A DNA stretch of 64,000 bases from a virus (IMGVR_UViG_3300028591_000094:104083-168082); one strand, 5' to 3'; shown: positions 20,751 to 31,610, numbered from the stretch's first letter. A program made the numbers and translations. The notes: generated by a model not told the origin, from the letters alone.

Positions 20751-22790
20751 TTATCTCTGTTTTACTCTTACACGAATGTCCTTCTCGGGATACTTGATTT
20801 CAAACATGGTGTCGATTGTTCCATACAGGGTCTTGTCACTGTCAAACAAGTCAATCTCGTTTTCATCAGTCTGTCCGCCAAGTGCATTGTAGTGCATCAT
20901 GTCAGCACATGATTCATAATCCACAAGCGACTGGTTAATTTCATCATCGGAATATCCGTCATCGGCACCGACTTTATTATAACAACGCAAGGCAATCATA
21001 TTTACAACTCCGTCGAGTTTGGAAATCTCTTTCTCCAAGTCACCAAGGAAAATATCCTCACCCATCAAATGTTTTCTGATGTCCATATAGTCCTGGATAA
21101 GCTGTATGATGCGCTGAATCACCTCGCTTTTGTCATAAGCTTTGTCGATATAGACGTTGCAGTCGAATGCCAGGTTGATTATCTTTCCAGAACGTATCTC
21201 AACAAAGTCGTTAACACACTTGTATTCTTTCAGGTATTCCTTCATGTTATCAGCTACCGTTTCGGACAGCGGTGATGAAAGTTTACCCTGATAATCCAGA
21301 CCTAGAGTGTAGATTACAACCTTGTTGTTCTCTTCCACAACACTATATCTAAACGGAGTTCCATATTTCGGATGGATTTGGGACAGCTTACTGTAGTAAT
21401 CCTTTAAAGTAACGCATCTGTTTTGCGCAGCTGAATTGTATTTAATTAAATACTTGATTTCCTCATCGGTCGGAGCATCTTTACCTCCATATGACGCTGT
21501 TGGGTTGGTGACTGTCAAGGTGTTCTTCACACTGGCTTTTTTCTTGGCGTCGTTAGGGTCGTTGCAATTACCCTCTATACTCATATTAAGATATGATATG
21601 GTTGACAGTGTGTCGGCACCGATATTGGAGATTTCACCACCGCCAACGTGATAAAGAACAAACACTGTAGTTCCAGCCTCGGGCAAAACACCCATATAGT
21701 CGTTGGCTTCCATACGGCTCATCATGTATCTGGTAAACTCAGTAGCATCACCAGGTATTTCACCATAATAATTACGAAGTCCAGCGCCGAATATAATCTT
21801 AAGTTTTCCTGTGTCGGTAAATTCTGTTATAAATTTGTTTTTCAAACGTTTCCATTCACCTTGCATTGCGAACCTGATATCTTCGGTCTGTGGGTCACCG
21901 TTGTCGTCGATATATTCAAACGAGTCAATTGCCGTCCATACTGGGTTGTAATAACCGTTGTCTGTATTTTCGTCAACAACATATCCGAAACGATACTGGT
22001 CAACGAGGTTGACAACCTCAAAGTATCTCTGAACGGGCTTACCAGCCTGGTCTTTATACGACTCCAAATCAACATAGAACTCAGCGATTGTCGGGTCGTT
22101 GGAGAGACTGGTACCCTGTTTAACCAATATACTTTCAACGTTACAGATGTCCGAGTCGGTTAAAGTTATCGACATGAACGGTTCAATATCGGCGTTGCTG
22201 ATAGTTTTACGATATATCTTGTTATGACCCGCCCGTGCAATACCAAGCTTTTTGTATGTGTAGTTGATAATATTGCCGTTACTGTCCCTGTTGGGAATAA
22301 TCTGTCGATTTGATATTCCGTTTTCATCAAACTGGGTGGCAAAATCCATGTCAGCTGTAAGTTCGAAAGTATTTGCTCCATCAGAAAACAAAGTACCGCG
22401 TTTCACTTTAGGGCAATAACTTTCATCAGGTATTGAAATGGTATTTCCCATGTTGTTTACAGCACTGGTATTCATAGGGATATTGCACGATAATTCAACC
22501 TCTACTATAGCACACTTCGCACCGTCGATTTTTAACCCGTTGGTTCTTGCTATATTCAACAGCGCACCACGGGAAGTACAACTGTCGATGTCGGTTTCCT
22601 GATAGTTTCTGTCAATCGCATTGCTCAGAACATCCGCAACGTCAGCCTGTATGTCAATCAGCCATTGACCGATGCCAGCGTCGTTGTAATTCTGGAATAT
22701 GTCAGGATAATATTTCTGACTTATATCAATCAAGTCGCTTCGAAAATCATCGTAAGTCCTGTCGAGGTATATTAACTTGTTGTCTGCCAT
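20751..22790 (-). CDS. Baseplate wedge protein (T4 gp6 / baseplate J-like)
   Basis: YLDRTYDDFRSDL...ALLNIARTNG...GGKDAPTDEEIK...QNRCVTLKDY; follows the gp25-like gene. Confidence 0.85.
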   Translation of the reverse strand: MADNKLIYLDRTYDDFRSDLIDISQKYYPDIFQNYNDAGIGQWLIDIQADVADVLSNAIDRNYQETDIDSCTSRGALLNIARTNGLKIDGAKCAIVEVELSCNIPMNTSAVNNMGNTISIPDESYCPKVKRGTLFSDGANTFELTADMDFATQFDENGISNRQIIPNRDSNGNIINYTYKKLGIARAGHNKIYRKTISNADIEPFMSITLTDSDICNVESILVKQGTSLSNDPTIAEFYVDLESYKDQAGKPVQRYFEVVNLVDQYRFGYVVDENTDNGYYNPVWTAIDSFEYIDDNGDPQTEDIRFAMQGEWKRLKNKFITEFTDTGKLKIIFGAGLRNYYGEIPGDATEFTRYMMSRMEANDYMGVLPEAGTTVFVLYHVGGGEISNIGADTLSTISYLNMSIEGNCNDPNDAKKKASVKNTLTVTNPTASYGGKDAPTDEEIKYLIKYNSAAQNRCVTLKDYYSKLSQIHPKYGTPFRYSVVEENNKVVIYTLGLDYQGKLSSPLSETVADNMKEYLKEYKCVNDFVEIRSGKIINLAFDCNVYIDKAYDKSEVIQRIIQLIQDYMDIRKHLMGEDIFLGDLEKEISKLDGVVNMIALRCYNKVGADDGYSDDEINQSLVDYESCADMMHYNALGGQTDENEIDLFDSDKTLYGTIDTMFEIKYPEKDIRVRVKQR

Positions 22791-22796
22791 TTAAGT

Positions 22797-23183
22797 TTAT
22801 ATTGTTTGTGATAATTCATAATTATGTCTCTCACCATCCTTCTCCAATAATGAATATTGTAGCTTTACATTCAATCCCCTGTTGTCGTCAAACTCCTCAA
22901 CCTCAACATTGTCAACCTCACAGTTGGAAACGTATTTCCTCACCTTCTCCTTTACCTCCAACACAACATCATCCCAAGTCTGCTGGTCGTTCGGTTCAAA
23001 AAGATATTGGATTAGCTTGGTTCCAAACAACGGGTCTCTCAACTTCTGCCCCTCTGGAGTGAAAATGAGATGAACCAGCTGGGATTTAACCTCGTCAGCT
23101 CGGGTCATATTCATATCCAGGAGATATTTACCGCTTTTTATCTGACACGGGAACGCTATGCCGAATTTCTGTGTTCTAGCCAT
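22797..23183 (-). CDS. Baseplate wedge / sheath initiator (GPW/gp25 family)
   Basis: VKSQLVHLIFTPEGQKLRDPLFGTKLIQYLFEP is a gp25-type signature. Confidence 0.85.
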   Translation of the reverse strand: MARTQKFGIAFPCQIKSGKYLLDMNMTRADEVKSQLVHLIFTPEGQKLRDPLFGTKLIQYLFEPNDQQTWDDVVLEVKEKVRKYVSNCEVDNVEVEEFDDNRGLNVKLQYSLLEKDGERHNYELSQTI

Positions 23184-23202
23184 TGTTTAATTGTTTATGT
23201 GT

Positions 23203-23589
23203 TTAATCTGCAACACAGTTATCAACCAGGTTGTTCCAACTCTGCATAACACCCTTTACATAATGGTTGAAATTAGCGTTGTTACATTGGTTTGCCGCCT
23301 GTAACAGAGCTGTCTTAAATTGTTGTGCCGCTTGTTCCATATTACAGTTCGCCATTGCCTCGGATACGTTTACACGTTCCTCTTGTGATAGTCCGTTACC
23401 AGTGTTAGGTGTGTTGGCAGTATTTTCGCTATTGCTGTTATTACTATTGCTGGTTGGCTGTACATTGCTCGGAGCGACCGCTGTCGAATGAAGCAGTTTC
23501 AGGAATCCCTCGTTGAGTTTCTGTTCCTCTAAAGCCTTCGTAATAATGCGGCGTATATCCTGTTCGGTTAAATGTATAACTTTTTTCAT
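23203..23589 (-). CDS. Small protein with an LTExDI leader (candidate internal head protein)
   Basis: MKKVIHLTEQDIRRIITKALEEQKLNEG; has its own TATTTAT motif. Confidence 0.65.
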   Translation of the reverse strand: MKKVIHLTEQDIRRIITKALEEQKLNEGFLKLLHSTAVAPSNVQPTSNSNNSNSENTANTPNTGNGLSQEERVNVSEAMANCNMEQAAQQFKTALLQAANQCNNANFNHYVKGVMQSWNNLVDNCVAD

Positions 23590-23630
23590 CTCTTTTATTA
23601 TATAATTTATAAATAAATAGAGATAAAAAC

Positions 23631-23668
23631 AAAAAAGACTCTGTATGATAACAGAGCCTTTTTTTCTT
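23631..23668. terminator. Intrinsic terminator after nrdJ (flanked by A and T tracts)
   Basis: aaaaaagactctgt-atgata-acagagcctttttttc hairpin. Confidence 0.65.
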
Positions 23669-23685
23669 TGTATGTGGTTTTACCG

Positions 23686-26109
23686 TTAACTGCAACGCGA
23701 CCAGCCACAACTAGGGCAGTGGACACAACCTCCTTCGTTAACCAGTTTACTGCCACATTCTGGACACGCCTCATCGGTTTCGGTTGGCGCGATATATTTG
23801 GATAACACTCTGGAAATAGCTCTATTGAAGGAATTGATTCCGTCGTTGCACTTATCTTCCAGCTTGATGATATCTTCCAAACGCATACCAGTACGCAGGT
23901 TGCCGCTGACATGGAGGGCAACGTTACGGTATTCACGCTTTTCACTCCACTCCTTGATATTGTACACAGCGTTTTTAATGTTCTCAGTGTCGAGTTTGGT
24001 GAGCTTTCTACCCTCATTGACAATTTCGGAAATCTTGTCGATTTCGCCGAAGATGTCATAGTCATCACCCAGAGCGATTGCCACGTTGTCGATAGTGAGG
24101 ATATCGGATTCAAATTTGTATTCTCTCTTTTTTACTCTGGTAATCTTGCCTTTGTGGTTCTTCACCTTCTGACAGTTGTCGCACGGGAGTGCAAAGAGTT
24201 CATATGGCTTATCGTTCAACAAACCAACAATAATGATAAAGTTCTCACCCTGTACCTTGACCTGATAGTAGTCGGCTGGCAGAGTCTTCGGACGTTTCGG
24301 GGCGTTGACAGTGTCGAACGTACCCTCCACCTCTTTCTTACCGCCACGGTTGAGGATGGCAAGACGCTTGCAGTTCTCACGGAACACCGTTACACCCTTC
24401 AACCCCTGTTTCCAGGCTTGCATATAAATGTCATACACATCGTTGACGGTCGCTTTCTCTGGCAGGTTGATTGTTGAGCTGATTGAAGCGTCGATATTTT
24501 TCTGGAGTGCAGCCTGCATACCAACACGTTCCATCGGGGTTAACTCAGCCGAAGCTACAAAGTAGTCGGGTAGTTCGTCAAGCTTCTTGTTAATATATTC
24601 TTGGTCAAGATTATATATGTCAATGTTATCACCGAAATAGTCCAGGACTGCTTGTGGGAATACGTTATATGACTGTTCACCAATCGACTTGGTGTCCCTG
24701 GTATAGTAGTAATCAAACATAGGTTCCCCGCCACCAGCGGTCGCGTTCAGCATTGTTGAGATGGTTCCCGTAGGAGCAATCGTTAGCAACTGGCTGTTGA
24801 GGGGGTATTTACCTTTGTATTTCGGGTCGATAAACGGTTCCACTCTGGTTTTGTAGAACTCGGACTCAAACATTTTGTCATAGACAACACCTGATGTGTT
24901 GAGTTCACATGATTCCTCGAAAGCAGCAATCAGCATTGTATGCGTGATGTCATCGGCAGCCTTCTGTCCTTCAGGAGAACCATACTTGACGCCCATTTTC
25001 AATAAAGCACCTGCAAGGTCAAAGATGCCGAGACCAATTTGTTTATACTGACGGGCAGTCTGGCGCTGGACTTCAAGTGGATGCAGTTCAGTACCCTCCA
25101 CCTGGATTTCATTCAAGGCTTTAGTTGCAATCTTTACGTCCTTTTTGAACTCGTCAAAATTAAACTCACCGTTTTCCTTTACATATTGATAAAGGTTCAT
25201 TGAGCCTAACAAACACGCACCACCGTCTGGGAGGGGTTCTTCGGCGCATGGGTTTACACCAGCATAAACAAAATCCTCGTTAGCCGACATAAGGTTGTAG
25301 TTGGAAATTCTATCCCAGTAGAGAATACCTGGCTCACCATAATCCCAGTTGTTTTTCGCCAATTTCATGAAAAGCTCTCTAGCTTTAACCTTGCGGAGAT
25401 AGACAGGTCCGCTTGTGGTGTCAACCTTGGTTAAGTTATTATATTCCAGCGCGTCTTTCTCCTGATTACTGATTGTCATTTCACATGGCCAGTGGAGAAT
25501 GTAGTCCTCGTTATTTTCCACTGCGGTCATGAAGTCATCGTGCATCCTCACCGAAATGTTGGCATTGGTGATTTGGTCTGTGTTAGCCTTGATATCAATA
25601 AACTCTGGAGCATCGGGATGTTTGATGTCAATTGAAATCATCAAAGCACCACGGCGACCGTGCTGTCCTATCGTACCAGTCACATTGTCAAAAGTTTTCA
25701 TGAATGAGACGGCACCAGTAGTTGTCTTCGCGCTGTTGTGGACGTCAGCACCAGCTGGCCTAAGTTTCGAAATGTCAATACCAACGCCGCCACCATATGA
25801 ATAGGTGCGAGCCATCTTAGCTGCACAGTCGTAAATACTCTCGATTGAATCGTCAACCGAAAGTACGTAGCAATTGCTTAGGGTTGATTTAACACCTCGG
25901 TCTCTTAATCCCCTGTTGGAAATTATACGTCCGCCAGGGATGAATTTTTTCTCAAGAAACAGTCTTTTTGCATCTGGGTTGCCACCTGAAACTCGTTCAG
26001 CCCACCCGTTCAAGTCCTCATTCGGCTGAAGGTACTTCCTACTAACAATGTCAATGCCTAACTGATTGTTATTCAGCCATTTCTTTAATTCATTATTTGT
26101 GTTGTTCAT
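23686..26109 (-). CDS. nrdJ: Class II (adenosylcobalamin-dependent) ribonucleotide reductase
   Basis: FIPGGRI, SNCYV, GGGVG, RRGA, NPCAEE, TIAPTGTIS, ISSTINLP and C-terminal CPECG...GGCVHCPSCGWSRC; no beta subunit adjacent; the ATG at 26109 is the likely start. Confidence 0.9.
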   Translation of the reverse strand: MNNTNNELKKWLNNNQLGIDIVSRKYLQPNEDLNGWAERVSGGNPDAKRLFLEKKFIPGGRIISNRGLRDRGVKSTLSNCYVLSVDDSIESIYDCAAKMARTYSYGGGVGIDISKLRPAGADVHNSAKTTTGAVSFMKTFDNVTGTIGQHGRRGALMISIDIKHPDAPEFIDIKANTDQITNANISVRMHDDFMTAVENNEDYILHWPCEMTISNQEKDALEYNNLTKVDTTSGPVYLRKVKARELFMKLAKNNWDYGEPGILYWDRISNYNLMSANEDFVYAGVNPCAEEPLPDGGACLLGSMNLYQYVKENGEFNFDEFKKDVKIATKALNEIQVEGTELHPLEVQRQTARQYKQIGLGIFDLAGALLKMGVKYGSPEGQKAADDITHTMLIAAFEESCELNTSGVVYDKMFESEFYKTRVEPFIDPKYKGKYPLNSQLLTIAPTGTISTMLNATAGGGEPMFDYYYTRDTKSIGEQSYNVFPQAVLDYFGDNIDIYNLDQEYINKKLDELPDYFVASAELTPMERVGMQAALQKNIDASISSTINLPEKATVNDVYDIYMQAWKQGLKGVTVFRENCKRLAILNRGGKKEVEGTFDTVNAPKRPKTLPADYYQVKVQGENFIIIVGLLNDKPYELFALPCDNCQKVKNHKGKITRVKKREYKFESDILTIDNVAIALGDDYDIFGEIDKISEIVNEGRKLTKLDTENIKNAVYNIKEWSEKREYRNVALHVSGNLRTGMRLEDIIKLEDKCNDGINSFNRAISRVLSKYIAPTETDEACPECGSKLVNEGGCVHCPSCGWSRCS

Positions 26110-26166
26110 AAAAAAATTGATTAGTGAAATATAGTATATATAGTTGAAAAATCTTATTTTTTTCAC

Positions 26167-27594
26167 CTATTTTCTCTGACTATCTCGTATCTGTTTGGCA
26201 GTCGCGGTGTTATAATTTTGAGTATTATTTAACGCACTGTCGACGTCGTCTGTCATGGTACTGAAATCAAACTTCGTCGTACCGTTGTTGAATGTTACAC
26301 CTAGGAATTCATTGCGCTTGATACGCCCAGGACGGAACTTGTTGATAAAGATATTAATTTTATCCTCAAGACGCATCGCCTCCGTTCTGGCGAACGAAAT
26401 GATGACATGTCCAATCTGGACTTTCTTTACCGAACCACCAGCTTGACTCATGCCAACAATCTGCTGATTGAACGAGTCTTTGGTTCCCTGGACTGGGCAC
26501 CATAAAGCAACATTGAATTCGTGCGCTATTGCCTCCAGCTTACGCATGGTTATACCTTCCCTGGTATATTCTTTGTCCTCGATGGACGAGCCACGTTCAA
26601 GTTTCAAGCATTCAAAGTAGTCGACAACCACCATGTCAGGTTTAAAGCCTCTGGCTATCAACTGTTTTATTTTAGCCTTAAGGTCACTTGCTGAAAATTC
26701 TCCAGACTGAGGGTGGAATGCAATCACATTGTCCTGTATCATTTGTTTCCACTCGTTCTGATTTATCATCTGAACAACAATCGGACGAATTTCAGGCTGA
26801 CTAAGTGTACATGCATCAAAATCAGTCAGGAATGCATAGTATTTACGTTTGATGTTTACATCCTCATCTTCGAAATGAATATGTAGAACTTTATATCCTT
26901 TATAGTTATTTTCCTCAGTCTTGGTAACCGCTGCATTCGCTGCAAACCCTGTCGTAGCCGAGGTTTTACCGACACTAGATGGCGCTATTATAATACCAAG
27001 TTCACCCTTAGCCAAGCCACCATAAAGTGCCTCGTCAAGTTTGTCGGCACCCGTAGGAATTGCACAACGATAATCCTCCTTCAGCGCATCCTCCATATTA
27101 TCGAAGATATGGTAGCCAAGTTCAGTTTTGTTGTTACACTCTAAGGCTTTTTTGAATATATCCTCAATATCATAATATCTTTCATTATTTCCCTCTTGGA
27201 TAATGTCTTGAGCCTCTTTGATTGCCTTAATAAGATTCTGTTGTTTGAAAAACTTTTCAGAGTAACCTTCAATCAAGTCAATACCGCGTGTGGTGATATT
27301 GCTGATTTTGTCCAACATAGCTAAACACTGTTCCTTTTCAACAGCATTGCTTACTTTGCTGCGAATCAGAGTATCCAAATCCTTGTATGAAGCCACAGTT
27401 TCATTGAGGGCGTATCTGTCTTTCATGAAACCAACTATTCGGCGCAGGTGTGCCACACTGAACATATTTTGGTTTATGATAGGCTCAAGTCCAATGAAAA
27501 ACTGCTGGTCTTCAATGAAACACTTGACGAGTTCAATCTGAAAATCTTCTCCTAAATAGCCTAAATCTTCTTTTTTCTCTAATACTTTAGCCAT
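26167..27594 (-). CDS. dnaB: Replicative DNA helicase (DnaB / T4 gp41-like)
   Basis: IPTG...LDEALYGGLAKGELGIIIAPSSVGKT (Walker A); VVVDY (Walker B). Confidence 0.88.
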   Translation of the reverse strand: MAKVLEKKEDLGYLGEDFQIELVKCFIEDQQFFIGLEPIINQNMFSVAHLRRIVGFMKDRYALNETVASYKDLDTLIRSKVSNAVEKEQCLAMLDKISNITTRGIDLIEGYSEKFFKQQNLIKAIKEAQDIIQEGNNERYYDIEDIFKKALECNNKTELGYHIFDNMEDALKEDYRCAIPTGADKLDEALYGGLAKGELGIIIAPSSVGKTSATTGFAANAAVTKTEENNYKGYKVLHIHFEDEDVNIKRKYYAFLTDFDACTLSQPEIRPIVVQMINQNEWKQMIQDNVIAFHPQSGEFSASDLKAKIKQLIARGFKPDMVVVDYFECLKLERGSSIEDKEYTREGITMRKLEAIAHEFNVALWCPVQGTKDSFNQQIVGMSQAGGSVKKVQIGHVIISFARTEAMRLEDKINIFINKFRPGRIKRNEFLGVTFNNGTTKFDFSTMTDDVDSALNNTQNYNTATAKQIRDSQRK

Positions 27595-27625
27595 TGTGTT
27601 AACTGGTTATGTGTTGGAAGAATAT

Positions 27626-27659
27626 GGGAACCGCCGACATCGATTAAATAGCGGTTCCC
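27626..27659 (-). other. Intergenic GC-rich hairpin upstream of the helicase
   Basis: GGGAACCGC-N16-GCGGTTCCC, a 9-bp perfect stem with only a weak U tract. Confidence 0.5.
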
Positions 27660-27677
27660 GTTCAAGTACGTGTGTTG

Positions 27678-28475
27678 TTACGGGCGAACTGGACCGTATT
27701 TCTTGTTACAATACTCTCTCCAAGCGTTCACATAATCGCGGGCGTAAGCTGTATAAGCATACTTTTTGGATGTTTCTGGGTTAATACCCGAAACTGTTGC
27801 AAATGTAGCGTCAACTCCGTATTTGGTTGACTTGGTATACTGTTTTGGTGCCTCATTGTCACTGTTTGAACACACTTCGCAAATGCGTTTGATAATTTCA
27901 ACCACGAGGTCGTCCTTACCCGTGTTCATCAACTGTACCATTGGATACTGAGAACGGGCATTAGTGATATCTACGCTGTTACGGACGTATTTCGGATACT
28001 GGGAACCGTCCCATATTTCCTCATAGACAACGCGGTCGTCGACAATAAACAGAAATTTGAATGTTACGTCCCACGGCTGAACAAACTCAGTCTCATCATA
28101 GGGCTTTGGCTCGTATTCCACGTAGGTGACCTCATTTATAGGACAGCCGTTCTCGTCTTTAGCAAAACCTGTCATCTTGGTTCTGCAGTCCTGAGTACTA
28201 CGGGTGAAAATACGACTTTTCGACTCCAAATCCCTCTTGATGAGCTGGACTATACCCTTTCGTTTGCCAAGATAGTCCATCTGCTCCTGCTTAGGACCAC
28301 GATAGCCGCCAAGGGCTTCGAACAACTCCTGGGAGGTTAAGCTTTCGCTGTTGAAGCGGGGGATTTTGAAGTATCGCTGACAAATAATGTTGTCATTGAC
28401 CTGTAATTGGAACTGAAATCTTTCGCGATAATTACTATTATCTACTTTTTTTGGTGTTTTTACTGTTTCTTCCAT
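27678..28475 (-). CDS. Hypothetical protein in the replication block
   Basis: 265-aa ORF between the flap nuclease and the helicase. Confidence 0.7.
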   Translation of the reverse strand: MEETVKTPKKVDNSNYRERFQFQLQVNDNIICQRYFKIPRFNSESLTSQELFEALGGYRGPKQEQMDYLGKRKGIVQLIKRDLESKSRIFTRSTQDCRTKMTGFAKDENGCPINEVTYVEYEPKPYDETEFVQPWDVTFKFLFIVDDRVVYEEIWDGSQYPKYVRNSVDITNARSQYPMVQLMNTGKDDLVVEIIKRICEVCSNSDNEAPKQYTKSTKYGVDATFATVSGINPETSKKYAYTAYARDYVNAWREYCNKKYGPVRP

Positions 28476-28527
28476 GTAGAAGTTTTTAAAAGTTAAACAT
28501 TAAGTTAATTGCTATTCTTCCTTACTA

Positions 28528-29709
28528 TTAATATACGTTTTTTTTCTCTCTATCTATCAAAAATCTGAATTCAGTGAAAAAATTTCCGAACCTGTTTTCG
28601 TCTTTCAGGTCGTCAATATTGTATTTCATAAGTATTTGATAAAGATTCGACATTGTACGGTCTTCTGTATCCAGCGGGGCATACATTATCCCATCTAATG
28701 TCTTTTTAGCATCTCCTGGCATTAACGGGTGCCATAAATCAATGATTTTTTGATTGATTTCGTAGATTTTCTCACCCTGGATGCCATCTGTGGTTCTGTT
28801 TACTATGTTTTCAGCCCATTTTAAAGGCTTTTTCTTGTCTTTTGCCCGTTCCTCGTTAATTTTCCTAGCACCTTCAACGACCTCTTCCAATGTTACCTTG
28901 CGCTGTTTGAACTCTGGGAAGTTCTCAAACAACGTCTTTTCGCCGACACCCTTAATACCTTTAATGTTATCAGAAGCGTCGCCGCATATCATCTTTTTCA
29001 AGACAACATTCTGGTAGTTGTATCCCATCTGTTCGGTATGATTACGACTATTGATAAAGCGTATGCCGCTTTCGTTTGGTTTCTTGATTGCCAGAATAAC
29101 ATCATCCTTACCGTCATTGACAGTACTTTTGTGTATCAGTTGTGACAGGTCTCGGTCATTGGAAAAAATGACAATATTTTCCTCTGGCTTTTTATGTGAA
29201 ACATAATATCCAATGAAGTCGTCAGCCTCAGTGTCCTCACAGAGGCACTGTCTTATGCACAGTTCCTCGAGACATTCGATTAATATTCCGCGCTGCCAAT
29301 GGAAATTCTCTTTTTCGTCCTCCGTTTTGGATGACTTGCCGTAAATTTTGTTCTGCATGTAGGCAATACGAGCGTTGACCTCTTTCATATAATCAGAAAG
29401 ATTGTCATCATTGTAAGTTTTATCACGATTCGCTTTATAGTCTCTATAGAGGTTGTAACGGAGCTGACCCGAGTTTTCCGAGTCCCAGAATACATAAACA
29501 TATCTGAAATTTCCTTTTTGTAGTAAAAGTTTCATCTGGAGCAGGAATGCAAACACAGCTCCAATCTCGCGACCGTCGCTGGAAGTCTTCTTGCTAGTGT
29601 GGAATACCATTTCAAGAAGACTTGACCCATCGACTAGTAACGTGTTGAACGTCTTTACCCCAAGCTGGGGATTCTTTTCCTTTATATTATTTGGTATCGG
29701 CTGGCTCAT
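28528..29709 (-). CDS. 5'-3' exonuclease / flap endonuclease (PolI N-terminal, T4 RNase H-like)
   Basis: LLVDG, YKANR, EADDFIG, SNDRDLSQL, GDASDNIKGIKGVGEKT (H3TH). Confidence 0.9.
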   Translation of the reverse strand: MSQPIPNNIKEKNPQLGVKTFNTLLVDGSSLLEMVFHTSKKTSSDGREIGAVFAFLLQMKLLLQKGNFRYVYVFWDSENSGQLRYNLYRDYKANRDKTYNDDNLSDYMKEVNARIAYMQNKIYGKSSKTEDEKENFHWQRGILIECLEELCIRQCLCEDTEADDFIGYYVSHKKPEENIVIFSNDRDLSQLIHKSTVNDGKDDVILAIKKPNESGIRFINSRNHTEQMGYNYQNVVLKKMICGDASDNIKGIKGVGEKTLFENFPEFKQRKVTLEEVVEGARKINEERAKDKKKPLKWAENIVNRTTDGIQGEKIYEINQKIIDLWHPLMPGDAKKTLDGIMYAPLDTEDRTMSNLYQILMKYNIDDLKDENRFGNFFTEFRFLIDREKKNVY

Positions 29710-30004
29710 CAGTTGCTTTTTCAGGATTGGGAGTTGATGCGGGCTTGTTGTCGGCTAGATAACAGAAAATATTACCTTTTGGGTTGATAAGGATGTCCTT
29801 TTCCATATCCAGGTTGTACTTATAAGCCTCAGCCTGGTATTCCTCTTTAGTTTTGAATACAACCATCTTGGGGTTGTCGTTCGGGTTGTTCTTGCCTTCC
29901 GTATAGCCTGTTAACATACGGAATGTCTTGTGACTGATTTTTTCACATTTGTCTTCCACGAGGTTAAACTCAACCTCATCCTGTTTTACTAGATTTACTT
30001 TCAT
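29687..30004 (-). CDS. Hypothetical protein
   Basis: 105-aa ORF in the operon, overlapping the next start. Confidence 0.6.
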   Translation of the reverse strand: MKVNLVKQDEVEFNLVEDKCEKISHKTFRMLTGYTEGKNNPNDNPKMVVFKTKEEYQAEAYKYNLDMEKDILINPKGNIFCYLADNKPASTPNPEKATDEPADTK

Positions 30005-30051
30005 ATTTTTTTAGATGTTAATTATTATTTCCTTTTACAGATTGGGGAAGA

Positions 30052-31263
30052 TTAATCATCCTCCTCAACCTCACCGTATTCGATATCGGATTCGTTGACA
30101 TCGAGTTTACCGCTGGCGCGATTTTGAAGTTCCTTCAAAATGTTGCCGACATGTTCTTTCTTGTAGTCCTCAAGACTATCAGGCGAAATGAAGCCAGTAT
30201 CCGTTGCAACCATCGGTCCTTCGTAACAAACGTTATGCGGGGCGTCAAGATGGTTTTTCAAAATCTTGATTTTGGTTTCAGTGGCATAACTGTAATTAAC
30301 GCCTTTGGCTGTTGCGGTAAGACGTTTTACACCGCTAGTCAACTGACCGCCGAGCAGGATTTCCAAACGAGTGGCATACTTAAAAGCGTTACCGCCTTTG
30401 GTTCTCATAATTGGAGGCCCTACGGGTGAAGTTGTATTATCCATCCAAACCTTATTGATATAAATAAACGTGTTGGTGTACTTGCTATCCATCTTCCTAG
30501 AGGATGGAATAAGGTTGTTTACAATCTTATTGAACGACACTGACAGAGCACCAGCTGCCCACATATTATTAGCTGAAAGTGACTTGTACTCCTTGAAGCA
30601 ACCGATTGAACCGACTGAATCCCAGATGAAAACCATATCCTGGTCAATCTCCCCGTCGCGCTGAGCTCTGATAAGTTCCTCCATGCAGTGGGCGATGTCC
30701 TCAAGTACAGCCTCTCCGCGGTTCTTGTTGGTCTCCTTGCCAGTGCTGTAGTCGAATGTACCGTAAAGTTCAGCTAGCTTGGTTGTGTTGAAATAAAGGA
30801 AGTTTCCTTCCCAGTTCACGATACGGTTCTCTGTGTGTGTTGTCACCTCTCCTGTGTCTGGATTAATATCCTCAACCTCCACATCATCATAGACTGGTGT
30901 AGCCTGAAGTCCCATGTGAACCGCATATTCAAATGAAAACGCATTCTCTGTATCAAAATACACTGGGATTTTTCCCTGACGCTGGGCTGCTACCATTGCA
31001 TGGTTGATAAGTGTGGTTTTACCTGTGTTGGAGTGACCAATAATCGACGTTATATAACCAACTGGGATGCCAGGTAGTTTGGTTGCGTCCTGGAACGCCT
31101 GGGGCATGTACAGCCAATCCATCGGTTTGTCGGCGTTGCTAACCATATCAACGTTTCCTTTTTTGGAACTGTCCTTGACGTAGGTCATGCCCATTTTTTC
31201 CTTAAATGCTGCAATTCCAGTCTTCTGGATACCAGCACCTTTCTTTACTGCTTGTTTTGCCAT
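30052..31263 (-). CDS. recA: RecA/UvsX-like recombinase
   Basis: GIPVGYITSIIGHSNTGKTT, YFDTE, IWDSVGS, KGGNAFKYATRL, KILKNHL. Confidence 0.85.
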   Translation of the reverse strand: MAKQAVKKGAGIQKTGIAAFKEKMGMTYVKDSSKKGNVDMVSNADKPMDWLYMPQAFQDATKLPGIPVGYITSIIGHSNTGKTTLINHAMVAAQRQGKIPVYFDTENAFSFEYAVHMGLQATPVYDDVEVEDINPDTGEVTTHTENRIVNWEGNFLYFNTTKLAELYGTFDYSTGKETNKNRGEAVLEDIAHCMEELIRAQRDGEIDQDMVFIWDSVGSIGCFKEYKSLSANNMWAAGALSVSFNKIVNNLIPSSRKMDSKYTNTFIYINKVWMDNTTSPVGPPIMRTKGGNAFKYATRLEILLGGQLTSGVKRLTATAKGVNYSYATETKIKILKNHLDAPHNVCYEGPMVATDTGFISPDSLEDYKKEHVGNILKELQNRASGKLDVNESDIEYGEVEEDD

Positions 31264-31273
31264 AAATCTTACA

Positions 31274-31597
31274 TTATTGATTGATTATGTTATTTTCATT
31301 TTCTGGTTTGGAACCGTTTTCTATCATTTTGTCAACTGCTTGTGATAGTCTTGTCATGAGTTCATTGGATTTTTCTTCCATTTCATTTATCCTTTCCTCG
31401 GTTAGGAATTGCGGGTTGATACACTCCACTCTTGTTGTTCTGCTTTCAGGGTCGGGAATAAAATAAAACTCCACACTTTCATCCTTGCCTCTCGTTATAC
31501 AATCCGCAATTTCCGACATATATGCTGGTACATCGCTATCGCAAATGCTTTCTACTCCGATATAAAATACTAATATAAGTTTGTCTTTGAAATTCAT
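31274..31597 (-). CDS. Hypothetical protein
   Basis: 107-aa ORF tightly packed in the operon. Confidence 0.65.
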   Translation of the reverse strand: MNFKDKLILVFYIGVESICDSDVPAYMSEIADCITRGKDESVEFYFIPDPESRTTRVECINPQFLTEERINEMEEKSNELMTRLSQAVDKMIENGSKPENENNIINQ

Positions 31598-31610
31598 GAA
31601 ACTGTGTTGT

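Noticed and set aside
23686-31263. Inteins or introns in RNR, helicase or RecA
   Set aside because: Lengths are ordinary, motifs are contiguous, and no intein C/HN or LAGLIDADG blocks were seen.
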